The notes beneath the pieces are model-generated. The model was given only the letters and a program-made list of their open reading frames with translations, ran no database searches and was not told the origin of the DNA. A stretch of 63,226 nt of DNA, counting the filler, from Reclinomonas americana ATCC 50394 (lineage: Eukaryota): assembly GCA_048213135.1 (NCBI GenBank). It is 14 parts of 14 records of this genome, joined end to end, with 100 filler letters (N's around TTAATTAATTAA, not from the genome) between each part and the next. Parts side by side here need not be neighbours in the genome. Positions count along the whole stretch, not along the records: positions 9,939 to 17,594 come from AFZH01022653.1; positions 17,695 to 28,616 come from AFZH01022654.1; 12 more parts are not named here. One strand, written 5' to 3'. A program made the position numbers and the translations under genes. Below are positions 13,949 to 26,800 of the stretch, one piece after another; within the stretch, counting starts at the first letter, position 1; the number at the start of each line of letters is the position of its first letter.

Positions 13949-16900
13949 TTACGCTGGCGGAGGTCGTGGTGGCGGATCGTCACCTGTGTGATGTGTACGA
14001 GGGTGAGTGTGACGGAAGACAGCATTGCAGCCGCTTTGAAGCAGACCGTCAGGCTCCACCAGTTCTGTGAAGCGTGCAGGTGAGCACGCTGCACTTCTCT
14101 CCTCGCGCACTCATCAAGTGTCACTCACCAATGACGTGCTTCCGTCCTTCGTAGTGCCCGTTGGCGTCTCCGTTGATGGGAGCCACTGTTGCGAGCACGG
14201 GTGAGTGGACGAGCAAGACAGCAGCTCACGGCTGCTGCGTCACGCACCGGTGGTGGTGCGACGTCGCCGCTCGGCAAGCACAGCAAGGTGCGCGGGATTG
14301 GAAAGACCGGCTTCCTCGTCGACGGGATTCGGGGCGCGCTTGGGATCCGCCGACAGGAAAACGCCATCGCCGCCTTCGTCGTCGTCGTCGGCTGCTGCTT
14401 TGCGTCGCGGATGATGGACTGGGCGATGGAGAGGGCATGTGAGTGGGTGCTAAATGGGCAGTGAGTGGACAAGTGAAGCGCACCTTGCATGAGAATGGAT
14501 CGCTTCTTCATGCGACGCTGGCGGATGCACTGGCGGATCGGGTGGAAGAGCAGGCTGAAGACGAGAATGGCGATGGCGATCATGTTGACGACAAAGAGCA
14601 CAATGTCGGCGGGGATGGCGAAGTGGACGTTCTGCGGAGAGAGGGGAAGGAGAAGGGGGAGGAGAAGGGGAAGGGGGGGGGAAGGTCAGCGATAGGCCAA
14701 AGCGGCATATTTTGAAGACAGCTAAAGCCTGTAATACATAAGTGAGAGCAACGCACGGATGCAACACAAGCTGCACATGTGACACAACTCACAGATACAG
14801 AGAAGTGCACACCGGCAATACACAAGGAGCAAAAGAATCGCACTGATGCCACGGACGACGGACAACACAGGAATTGCTTGACTCGCGAAGTGCAAGAATT
14901 TGTGTGTCTGCACGTGGATACCAAAGACGCAACGACGTGATAGACAAACGCAACACAGAAATGATAGCGAGCACAGCGTAGCGCATGTGATCATGTGGAA
15001 GTGGGCAACAATAGACAGCTGAATGCAGGTTGCAAACTAATTGACGCACAAGCAGCACCTCACTACCTTGTCTGACCACAACTCACGTTCTTCAGCATCG
15101 CATAAATGGAGGCATTGATGGTGTTGGCAGTCTTGGCGGCAATAATCATCACGTCCTCCCATGTCTCCGAGAAGGGGCGGACGATGATGTAAAGAAGGGT
15201 GAAGCCGGCGAGAATGGCGGCGCCCACAATGCTCTGAGGGGAGGCGAAGTGAGAAGGAAGGCAAAGAGAAGTGGAAGGCGAAGAGAAGGAGAGATGAGAA
15301 GAGAATGGAGATAGCAAAAGGAGAGAAAGCGAATAGAGCGAGATTGGAACCAGAAAGAAAGACCAGAGGGAAACAAACAAGAACAGAGAGAAGGAGAGAA
15401 CAGAGACAAAGGAATAAGAATCGAGAAGATGGAGAACAGAGGGACACAAATGACAATGGAATAACTGACAAATGACGGAACAGACGAGAAGAAGAAGTAA
15501 GAGGAGAAGAAAAAGCAGTGAGGATGAAGAGAGGAAAGAAAGCAGCCAAAGCAGAGAAAGAACAGAGGACGAAAACAGACAAAGAGGAATGAGAACAGAC
15601 AGGAAGGAACGAGAACAGAGGGAGAACAGAGTGGAATAGAGAACCGAGAAGAAGAGAAAACACAGTGGAGGAGAGAACGGCGATGAAGAGAGAACCGAGA
15701 AGAAGAGAAAACAGAATGGGAGAGAGAACCGAGTGGAAGAGAGAACAGAGTGGAAGAGAGAACCGAGAAGAAGAGAGAACCGAGAAGAAGAGAGAACCGA
15801 GTAGAAGAGAACCGAGAAGAAGAGAGAACCGAGTAGAAGAGAACCGAGTGGAAGAGAGAACCGAGTGGAAGAGAGAACCGAGTGGAAGAGAGAACTGAGT
15901 GGAAGAGAGAACCGAGAAGAAGAGAGAACACAGTAAAAGCACCGAGAGCAAGGAACGAGAACAGAGTAGAACAGAGAACAGAGTGGAAGAGAGAACCGAG
16001 AAGAAGAGAGAACACAGTAAAAGCACCGAGAGCAAGGAACGAGAACAGAGTAGAACAGAGAACAGAGTGGAAGAGAGAACAGATTGGAATAGAGAACTGA
16101 GTGGAATAGAGAACTGAGTGGAAGAGAGAACCGAGAAGAAGAGAGAACCGAGAAGAAGAGAGAACCGAGAAGAAGAGAGAACCGAGAAGAAGAGAGAACC
16201 GAGTGGAAGAGAGAACCGAGAAGAAGAGAGAACCGAGAAAAAGAGAGAACATAGTTGAAGAGTGAACCAAATGGAAGAGCGAACAAGAAGGACCAAGCAT
16301 AGTGTGGAGGGAGCGAGAACAAAAACGAAGAAGGGAACGTAAAAGAAGAGAGGACAGAGAGATCCACGAAGAACACAATTCACAATGGCTCACAGTCCAC
16401 CCCCTCCCTCCACCTCCCTTTCTCTCCCTTCTCCCCCTTCCCCTTCCCCTCCCGCCCTCTCGATTGCCCTCCCGCTCACCTGAATCCCGCTCTCCGTTAA
16501 AATGTAAATGGTGACCACGAGCAGCACAAAGCTCTCGAGCAGTTGCACCTGCTTAAAGTAGCGCATCTTGCGCTCGTATGGCGAATAAAGATACGATGAC
16601 GGACTGCGCCATTTCTGCACGGTGAGCAGGTATTTCTCCTTGCTCGACTGCGAGGGGAGTGAGAACGGGATAGCAGAAGTGTGAATGCATCTCCTCTTGC
16701 AAAATCACCTGTTGCATCTCCGCCAGTCGCGTCTTCGCGTGTTCGTACTCGGCGGCGGTTTGATTGAGCACATTGGACGGCGCACGCTGCCGCCGCTGGT
16801 GACGGAACTTCACACGCAGCTTCTTCAGCTGCGTCTCCATGTCGGCGATGAGTTCGTCGTCGCGCAGCAGACCGCTGGCGAGCATCATCTTGGGGTGTGA

Positions 16901-17243
16901 CTGTGTGGAGGAGATGAGTGTCACACGTAAAAGGGGGAAGACACTGGCAGCGATGCGCACCCGGTGCACGAGGTATCCGAAAAAGACGGGAATGCCGACA
17001 ACGTAGAGCAGACCAAACACCCAAGAGAGGATCCACACCACAGATACGGAGCCGCCGGTGTATCTGGTGAAGAGATGTGGTGAGTCAAGCAGATTTGGGA
17101 TGTCTCGTGTGACACATGGCTGACGCAACGGGCACGGGCTGTCCCAGTTCTGCAGTGCGGTGCCACTCTGGTTGCATTTCAGCGTTGCCAGCAGGGTTCG
17201 GCAAATGGGCAGGTACGTGATGGTGATGAGGAAAAGCGCAAGC
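13949..17243 (-). CDS. Multi-pass membrane domain; probable C-terminal part of the large LRR gene upstream of the linker
   Basis: Exons encode LALFLITITYLPICRTLLATLKC...WDSPCPY...WILSWVFGLLYVVGIPVFF...YLYSPYERKMRYFKQVQLLESFVLLVV...AILAGFTLLYIIVRPF...VVNMIAIAILVFSLLF: at least 6 hydrophobic helices. Last exons tentative. Confidence 0.78.
15600..16250. repeat. ~18-nt intronic minisatellite GAGAGAACCGAGAAGAAG
   Basis: About 30 degenerate tandem copies in the intron 15234-16479. Confidence 0.9.
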
Positions 17244-17514
17244 CTGATTGGAGGTAAAGTGAGAATCAGAGGAAGGGAGGAGAAGAGGGAGAGAGGGAAG
17301 AGGGAGGAGGGAAGAGGGAAGAGGGATGAGGGAAGAGGGATGAGGGAAGAGGGATGAGGGAAGAGGGAAGAGGGAGAGAGGGAAGAGGGAGGAGGGAAGA
17401 GGGAAGAGGGAAGAGGGAGAGAGGGATGAGGGAAGAGGGAGAGAGGGAAGAGGGAGAGGGAGAGAAGGAAGAGAGAGAGAGAGGAGGGAGAGGAGAGACG
17501 AAGGAAAGTGATAG

Positions 17515-17594
<80 letters not shown>

Positions 17595-17805
17595 NNNNNN
17601 NNNNNNNNNNNNNNNNNNNNNNNNNNNNNNNNNNNNNNTTAATTAATTAANNNNNNNNNNNNNNNNNNNNNNNNNNNNNNNNNNNNNNNNNNNNGCTCAC
17701 TGCGTTTGCCCACTGCGTTTGCTCACTGCGTTCTGCTCACTGCGTTTGCTCACTGCATTTTCTCTGTACCCTGCTTTGCATTCTCTTCCCTGTGCCCTGT
17801 CTCAC

Positions 17806-20800
17806 CTGGAAGAATCCAATAAAGATCTCGCCGCGAACAAGCAACGTGCCGAGCCCAAACATGACCGCACGACGAAGTCGCAAAACGTGCTCGAGCATCG
17901 CCAATGCCGCTGCACATCAAGTTAAAAATGGAGCGAGTGACAACGACACTTCGTCTCACACATCTCACCAACTGCAGTATGCGACTGTTCCACGTGCGAG
18001 TATGACATGGTTGGCTGCGCGTACACTGTGCCTGCTACAGATGCGCCACGCATGACAGCCGCCTGTGATGCAAGGAGTGAACATCTCATTGACACGCTTC
18101 TTGCGTGTAGAGGTGGACGCAACACCCATTTCACCGCCGACACGGTCTTCGGTTTCGATAAGACTACGCAGTGTTAGTCGCGTGTCCTTGCTTCTCTTGC
18201 AATACTCGTTCCACAGTGTCAGTGCGTTGTTCCTACGAAGAGAGAATAGTGAGACGCATGATCGCCGATGACATTTAGCGCACAACGCAACGTCTCTTCA
18301 TCGTCAATCATCTCGCCGTCCAGTTCCAACAGTGTCGGCAACTGACTGATGAGCAGCAGGCGGAACTCGGGCAATGTGTCGGCGACAAAGTTGCCTTGGC
18401 GGATCTACAGGAGCAAGTGGTGAGAACACACACGAGCTTCTTTCTCTCTCACATCCTTCCACTCACCCACAGACGACGCGGACCAGCACGGTCACGCGCG
18501 TACTCCTCGGTGAGTTCGCCAAGGGCCATCATCAGTGGCCAGAAGTGCGCCAGCTGCAGCTGGTGGTTGCGCAGGTCAACGTCGGTGACGTCGTTCGGAC
18601 CGATGCCGAATTTGGAGAGGTAGTCGAGGGCCTCCCATTGGTCGTCGGTGTACGGCTTCGGGTTGAGAATCTCGTCGCATTTTTCGAGGGCGCGGAGGCG
18701 GCGGAACACCGCGCTGCGGAGAGGGGAGAAGGGAGGAGAAGAGTGAGGAGAAGGGAGGAGAAGGGAGGGGAAGAGAGGGGAAGTTAGGGGAAGAGTGAGG
18801 AGAAGGGAGGAGAAGGGAGGAGAAGGGAGGAGAAGGGAGGAGAAGGGAGGAGAAGGGAGGAGAAGGGAGAAGAGGGAGAGGAAGAGGAGAGGAGAGGAGA
18901 GGAGAGGAGAGGAGAAGCAAGGAGAAGCAATGAGAAGCAAGGAGAAGCAAGGAGAAGCAAGGAGAAACAAGGAGAAGCAAGGAGACGCAAGGAGAAGCAA
19001 GAGGAGGCAAGGAAACCAGTCTCAGAGCTTCCTCTTCTCTCATTCTTCTTCATCACGAAACTTGCTGTATGATCGAGCTTCTCGCAGACACTCTGTTTCT
19101 GGACAGTGCGCCCACAGCTCGCGTAGCTCGTGGCACTTTTGCAGCGGAATGGTAACTGCTTCGATGGAGGTGAAGCGATTGCGGTCGACGGCCAAACCGC
19201 GCAGTTTTGGCAGTTGGTCGAAGCCTTGGCCCTGTATGGAAAGATAGGGAGTGAGCAAGGGAATTCAAGAAAAATGTGAGTGAAGAGAAGGAACGGGCAA
19301 GAGATGAGAGTAAGAGGACCATGCAGGACACGCACACACGCAGAGAGGTGAGAGTGGAGAGCGAAGAACCAAGTGAAAGGGAAAGAGGAGATAAATGTAG
19401 AAAACAACGCATGAGGCATCAGTGAAGCTGGAGCAAGAGCGAATTGAGAAGAGTGTGAAAGGAGAATGGGGAGATGCTGAGAGAAGACAGCGGGAGAAGA
19501 GAAGAGAGCGGAACGGGAGAATACAACGTGACGAGAGAAGAGAGTGAGATTGGTGAGAAAAATGATGACGGTCAGTGCTTGATGTTAAGGGTCAAGGGAA
19601 TAAAGTGACAGAAAGGAAAAATGGCACACGGAGTGAAGCAAGTGAGGACGGAGTGAAGCAAGTGAGAGGTGGAGAAACGAGTGGAAAGAAAAGAACGGAG
19701 GCCAGAAAACGAAGAAAGAGATTGAAGAGAGCTTCTGCTCTGTTCAGATCACCTCCAGTGTCGTCAAGTGATTGTTCGACAAATCCAAATACACCAGTGA
19801 CGTGAAGCTGGCAATACCGACCGCGCTCTGCATCTCGTAACCTGACATGCGTGCCGACTGCGATACCAATGCGTGTCAGTGCAAGGACATGCCTCACTCA
19901 CACAACGGAAACGCAACGTCGGTATCCAGAGTGATTCCGTTCTGGTACTTGATGGTTTCAAAGCGCAGCTCCTCCACCAACTCGGCAGTGGCTCCTCGGC
20001 GCAGCTTCGTCGCAGCACACTGCATTAATGAGGAGGAAGAAAGCACATACAACAGTAAGTGAAAAGAGAACAAGCGTGTGCGACTCAGCGAGAAAAAGAG
20101 AAACGAATAGGAACACAGATTGCACCGCGTGAAAGAAATGAAAAAGGTCCACTTTGCATCTCGGAGAGAAAGAGAATGCGGATTCATATCACTCTCGCCT
20201 GCACGCGATTCCAGTGGGAATCACGCTGGTCCTTCACCCAATGACAGTGGCGAAAGCGGAAAAATACACAAAAAGATATGATAATCAATCTGCATCCTCG
20301 CTTCCCTTCCATTCTCAGCTCCTCTCTCAAACAGAAGAGTGATGAGATCTCCACTCTTTCAACCCCTCTCCTCTTCAGCACGCAACCCGCAGTGGAATCG
20401 TCACTGGCTCATGGTTCAGGACGGCAAACGGCGACGACGGACGGAGAATGGCGTCGAGACCACGCAAGAACAAAAGAAGGCCGCGCAATCCGAGGCGCGA
20501 CTTGAAACACCGATTGCCTCTCACATTGAGGTTCTGTGGATGACATGAGAAAGAGAGTACAGAAGGGTGGTGCTCTGCAAGTAACGCAACTCTCAGCTCA
20601 AACAGCTTGTTCGCCACGCGCCACACAGCGTCGGCATTGACAATGCGATTGAATGACAGATCGAGAAGCTCGAGATGAACACATAGATCGAGACTGGCGA
20701 CTGCATGCACAAACATCTCATCAGCTTTTCGGCAGTTTTCACCAAGGATCACAGCGCACGACGCAACATTCGAGTGATGTCGATGTGATGAGATTGTGCG

Positions 20801-23800
20801 ACAAGTTGAGTTGACGGAGGGCGCGAAAATCGGTAAAGTTGAGCCACTCCAGGCTGCAGCGCTTCAGGTTGAGCGTTTGCACGGTGGAGAGATCGGTTTG
20901 TGGTGCGTCCTCCGAGGCGTTGAGCTGATGAGAGGAAAGGAGGGAAAAGGGGGGGGGGAAATGAGTCTCAACTGACTCCATCACAGTCATCAACTTCTTC
21001 AATCGGATCTCATTCAATATCTTATTCTCACTGCGGCGCCTTTCTTCCCCCACTCTTCCTCTCACTCAATCCTGAGTCCAACAATTGATTGCTCACTCAC
21101 TTCCTTGTCTTCTCACAAGTCGTCCGTAACTCTCAGCACTCTTCCTCTCATTCAATCAGTACTGAGTTATTGAAGGAGTTACCTTCAATTCAGCCTCTTT
21201 ACACAGTGTCACTCAAATATCCAACGCTTCTCTCACACTCACATAAACCTGAATAAACAATCACATCGATTCAATTCAGCGGTCCATGTCGTCATTCTTG
21301 CTTCCGCCACTCTTTCTCTCACTCAATCCTACTTCCACAACGATGTTGCTCTCAGTCAGACACTCACTCTGCACTTCCCTGTTTCTCACAAGTCACCGTA
21401 ACTCTCAGCACTTTTTCTCCCTCGCTACGTCAACTGCACACACTCTCTCAGTCGATGTACTTCTTTCCAGGCGCTAACCACTCGTGCCCTGTGACATTGA
21501 GTCCTTTGTTTCATGTCGCCTCCTCTCTCATCATGCTGAGGATGAGCGTGGGGGTGCGCGCGAAGACAAACTTTGCACTCAGTTTCTCCTCGTCGTCCTC
21601 GCCAGACGTCACTGCAGCCTTCTCTCTTTCTCCACGCTCCCCCCCCATCCCCCTCGTTACCCCGCCCTTTCCCTCTATCCCCCTCTCTAATCATCCTTTC
21701 CCTCTATCTTTCTCTCTCTACTCCTTTCCCTCTATCCCCCCTCTCTACTCCCCCCTCTCTACTCATCCTTTCCCTCCATCCCCCCTCTCTACTCATCCTT
21801 TCCCTCCATCCCCCCTCTCTACTCATCCTTTCCCTCCATCCCCCCTGTCTACTCATCCTTTCCCTCCATCCCCCCTGTCTATTCACCCTTTCCCTCCATC
21901 CCCCCTCCCTACCCACCCTCTCCCCTCCCCCTCTCCCTTCCCCTCTACTCACCAATCGAAACACCGTGGCATTGAAGCGAAACTTCTCCGCATCCGACTT
22001 GTTGTTGGCTTGCATCACCCGCGCCAACTCATCCAACGTAATGTCCTCTTCGTCGATGCGATACAGCGGGCACTGCATCTGACTCAACTGCGGCAGCGAC
22101 TCGAGCAGGCGCACGCGGTAGTCCTTGAAGAGGTTGCCGCTGACGCCCAGCACCTCCAGCAGCGGCAGCATCTCGGCCAGCTGCACGATTTCGGCCATTT
22201 TGCGCAGTCGATTGTCGCGCAAATCGAGAGCGCGCAGGCGAGTGAGGGCATGCAGGCCGGTGGCCTGCAGCGTGGCCAGCTTGTTGCCGCGCAGCAGCAG
22301 CGTCTCCAGTGACACGAAACCGCTCAACTGAATCGTTTCCAGCCCTGCGCGACTCAGGTCGAGTTCGCGCACCGTCTCGAATGCCACCGCACCCGCGTGC
22401 GACACCAGTCGGCGCTGGAGGATGCAGCGGAAGCGGTAGTCGTTGGGGTTCTCTCGCGGCGCCGAGGAGCGCGCGGCAATCGACATTTTCTCCTCGATCG
22501 ACACTTGGTGGTCGACCACCACCAGGCTGCTGTCGACGCGCTGCAGCGAGGGGAGAAAGTTGAAGAGGCGGGTGCGCATCTTGTGCAGTGGGGTGGAGCA
22601 GGGGTTGCCGCGAAAGGCAAAGACGCGAATGTCGGGGAGGCTCTGGAGAAGGCGGCCGATTTCGGAGAGGGCGTCGCGGATCTCGTTGCTGCAGACGTCG
22701 AGGACGGCCAGGTGTTGGCATTGGTCGAGGTCGAGGACGAGGATGCTGGTGAGTTGGTTGTGCGAGAGGTCCAGGCGTTCCAGGTTGAAGAAGTCCCCAA
22801 AAGTCTACAAAGGGGAAGGGAAGGGATGAGGGGAAGGATGGGGAAAGGGGAAGGATGGAAAGGGGAAGGGTGGGGAAAGGGAAAGGTGGAGAGAGTGGAG
22901 AGAGTGGAGAGGGTGGAGAGGGTGGGGAGGGTGGGGAGGGTGGAGGGGGTGGAGAGGGTGGAGAGGGTGGAGAGAGTGGAGAGAGTGGAGAGGGTGGAGG
23001 GTGGAGAGGGTGGACAGAGCGGATAGAGTGGAGGAGTGGAGAGGGTGGATAATGGAGAGATTGGCGATGGCAAAGAGGGGAGAGTGGAGAGGGTGGAGAG
23101 GGCGGAGAGAGTGGAGAGGGCGAAGAGCGGAGAGGGCGGAAAGAGTGAAGAGAGTGGAGAGGGCGGAGGAGGTGGAGAGAGTGAAGAGAGTGAAGAGGGT
23201 GGAGAGGATGGAGAGAGTGGAGAGAGTGGACATCGTGTAAATATGGAGAGGATGGAGAGAGTGGTAACGGGTGAAAAAGGGTCGAGAAAATGAGAGGGTG
23301 GAGAGGGCGGAGAGGGTGGAGAGAATGAAGAGGGTGGAGAGGGTGGGGAGGGTGGAGAGGGAGGGTGGAGGAGGTGGAGGAGGTGGAGAGAGTGGAGAGT
23401 GGAGAGGGTGGAGAGGATGAAGATGGTGGACAGGGTGTATAGAGCGAAAAGAGTGGAGGAGTGGAGAGGGTGAAGAGAGTGGAGAGAGTGGAGAGAGTGG
23501 AGGAGTGGAGAGAATGAAGAGGGTGGAGAGGATGGAGAGAGTGGAGAGGATGGAGAGAGTGGAGGAGGTGGAGAGAGTGGAGAGAGTGGAGAGAGTGGAG
23601 AGAGTGGAGAGAGTGGAGAGAGTGGAGAGAGTGGAGAGGGGGGTACGGGTGAAAAGGGTCGACATAATGAGACGTTGAGAGGTCAAGAGGTGCGAAAGTG
23701 ATGTGATGGAGCTTGCAGATAAAAGGGGGAGAATGTAGAAAGTGGAGAGTGTAGACGAGGATAATACGATCACACAAGATTGATAACCGAAAGGTAAAGA

Positions 23801-26800
23801 GACTCAAGTTAATGGGGGATGTCCTCGACTTCTTTCTCTTTCTTTTCTTCGTCGTTGTCTTCTTCTTCCTCTGCTCTTCGCTTCCTCCTTTTGTCTTCCT
23901 TCTTATTCTGTTCGCCTTTCTCTTCCTGTTCGTAGTCTTCTTCAAAGAAAAAACACAGAGAGATGACTGAAACGCGCTTGAAGTGTCTTGTTGTCGTGAG
24001 TGACGCAACGCAAGAGCTGGTCAACTGGCAATTGCGCAACACCAGCTCCTTCACCATGGCGGCTTGGTATGGAGTGCCTGGTGCCACGAGACGTGGGTCG
24101 TAGAAACGTGATGGTCCCTGTTGAGCCAGACTGTGAGTGAGTGCGATGAACAGAGAAAGAGAATGCAATCGAAACGCAACGTCGACAATCTGCGACAACA
24201 CGTGCAGCTGAAGTCGGTACTTGTTCTGCTCGGTGGCCGTGTGGCCGTGGAGAGCCAGTGCCTGCACTCGCTCCTCGCACGTGACAATGACCTGCTCAAA
24301 AGAGGGATCAGCGGCATCAATATCTTTCTCTCGCTGTGACAAGCACGCACATTGTCGACGGCGCGCAGTTTCGGCAGCTGGAAGAGCAGGTTGGAGATGA
24401 CGCTGAGGCGGTACTCGGTCAGTGCCGCCTGCATCTTGCGGCTCTGCGAGGTGTAGTCGGTCGGGTTGGCGCACACCAGGAGGTGCTCGATGGCGGGACA
24501 CTGGGCGGCGTCGCCGACGACGCGAGGGAGGTGCAGGCGGGGGTTGCCCATGAGGTTGACGTAGCGGAGTCTGTGGGGGATGAGAGGGGAAAGGGGGGTG
24601 AGGGGAAGGGGGTGAGAGGGGAAGGGGGATAAAAGGGAAAGGGATGAGAGGGGAAAGGGAGAAAGGGCGTGAGGAAAAGGTGTGAGGAAAAGGGGGCGAA
24701 GAAAAGGAGGTGAGGAAGAGGGGGAAAAGGGCGTGAGGGAGAGAGAACGAGAGGACAAGACCACCAAGTGATAAGATGAATGCAGAGCGAGAAAGAATAA
24801 GGAGAACAGTAGAGAAAGAGAACACAATGAACAGAGAGGGACAAGGAGAGATGAGATGCACAAGAGATCAGAGAAGCGAACAGAAGAGCGCGACAAGCCA
24901 ACATATGTCACAGAGTGAGAGACATGCAGAGAGAGAAAAAGAAGAGAAGGACACAGCGAGATTAAACGAGCGCGAGCGAAGTGAGTGAAGCACAACGAGA
25001 CGAGAAGAACAAATGAAGAGAAGAAAAGAAAAGAGAAAGAAAGAGAAGACTGAAAGAGAGGATCACAGAAAGCAATGAGAAGAACACAAAAGGGAAGGGA
25101 AACAAACAATGCAACAAGACGAACGAAGCCACGACAAGAGAACAAATGAGAAGAGGAGCAACACAAGAGAAGAAATGAACGCAGGAAACTAAGAGAAGAA
25201 CCCGCAGAGAGAGAGGGAAGAGAAAGCCGCTGAATGGGATGAGATAACACAAAGAACGAGAGGAGAGCACGGAAGAGGAAGCGCAGACCACATAAAACGA
25301 AGAAAAGAACGCACTGAGAGAGAGGGAAGAAAAGGCCGCTGAGTGGGTTGCGATAACACATAAAACGAGAAGAGAGCACGAAAGAAAAAAAGCGAAGAAC
25401 ACAGAAAAGAAAGAAAAGAACGCACTGAGAGAGAGGGAAGAGAAGGCCGCATAGTGGGTTGAGATAACACAAAGAACGAGAGGAGAGCACGGACGAGGAA
25501 GCGCAGACCACAGAAAACGAAGAAAAGAACGCACAAAGAGAGAGGGCAGAGAAGTCCGCTGAGTGGGTTGAGATGACATATGGACCGACAAGAGAGCACG
25601 AGAGAAAAAGCGAAGAACGCACATATAGAGAGAGGAACATAGAAACCGAAGAAAAGAACGCACGAGAGAGGGAAAAGCCGCAGAATGGGATGAGATAACA
25701 CATGGAACGAGAGGAGAGCACGAAGGAATAAGAGAAGAACACAGAAAACGAATAAATAACACAGAAAGCTAAGAAACGAACACATCATACAAAGGGAAGA
25801 CCCCATGGGAAGAAAAGAAAAGAAAACGCACAAATCCCCCTTTTCCTCTTTCCTCTTTCCTCCTTTCCCTCCTTTCACCCTTCCCCCTCCTCACCTCTTG
25901 CACTGATGCATCCCCTGCACATGCCGCAAATTATTCTGACTCAAATCCAACAACTCCAACGCATGAAACTCCTCCACATCGGCAAACTCCAGCTGCTGCT
26001 GCACGAGTGCCAGTGTCTTGATGCGGCGCAACCAGCCCGGCGTGCGCACCTGCAAATGTCCGTAGAATCCAATCAAGGCAAACTCCCACCGCAACCGTTC
26101 CACTGCCGCGTGCGACTCCCGTCCTGGCGCGCTGGCCACGCGCATCTTGTCGCCGATCGACAACTCCAACCCGTCAAGTGTCACCAGTCCGGGCATGCGA
26201 TTGGAGCCAATGAGACGCATGGTGCGGTACACGACTTCGTCGCGCACATTGTCCGTGTTCAGCAGCGGGTTGCCGGCGATAAAGAGGTGGCGGAGGCGCG
26301 GAATCATGCCCAGCACTTTGAGGTTGTCCGCCGAGGCCTCAATGTCGTTGTGCGACAGGCGCAGGGTGGTGAGGTCGCCGCACTTTTCCAGTCCGGCACC
26401 GGCGAGACGCTTGATGCGATTGTGTGAGAGGTCGAGGCGTTGGAGGCTGGTGAAGGAGGGGACGTGGAACTCGGTGAGTTGGGCGTGGGTGAGGGTGAGT
26501 TCGACCACCAGTTCTGGGCGCCACACCACCATGCGTAACGGGAGGGAGTTAAGGGGGAGGGTGGGAGGGATGAGGAGAGGGGAGGGCGGAGGGATGAGGG
26601 TGAGAAAAAAAGGATATCTGAGGCTTGGAGAAAGTTGGAGACGGCCAGGTCCCAGCGGATGAAGCCGAGGTAGGGGCGGTAGGGGGAGTCGTGTTTGCGG
26701 ATGGCGGTGCACTGCGGGGATGGGGAAGGGGGTGAGGGGGTGAGTGGGGAAGGGCGATGAGGGAGAAGGGTGATGAGAGAGAAATGGGATGGAGAATGGA

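Noticed and set aside
15037..16393. Long Leu/Ser/Phe-rich ORFs (also 7958-9394, 22029-24008, 24051-25742)
   Set aside because: They are read-through of pyrimidine-rich intronic repeats; only the short embedded exons are credible.
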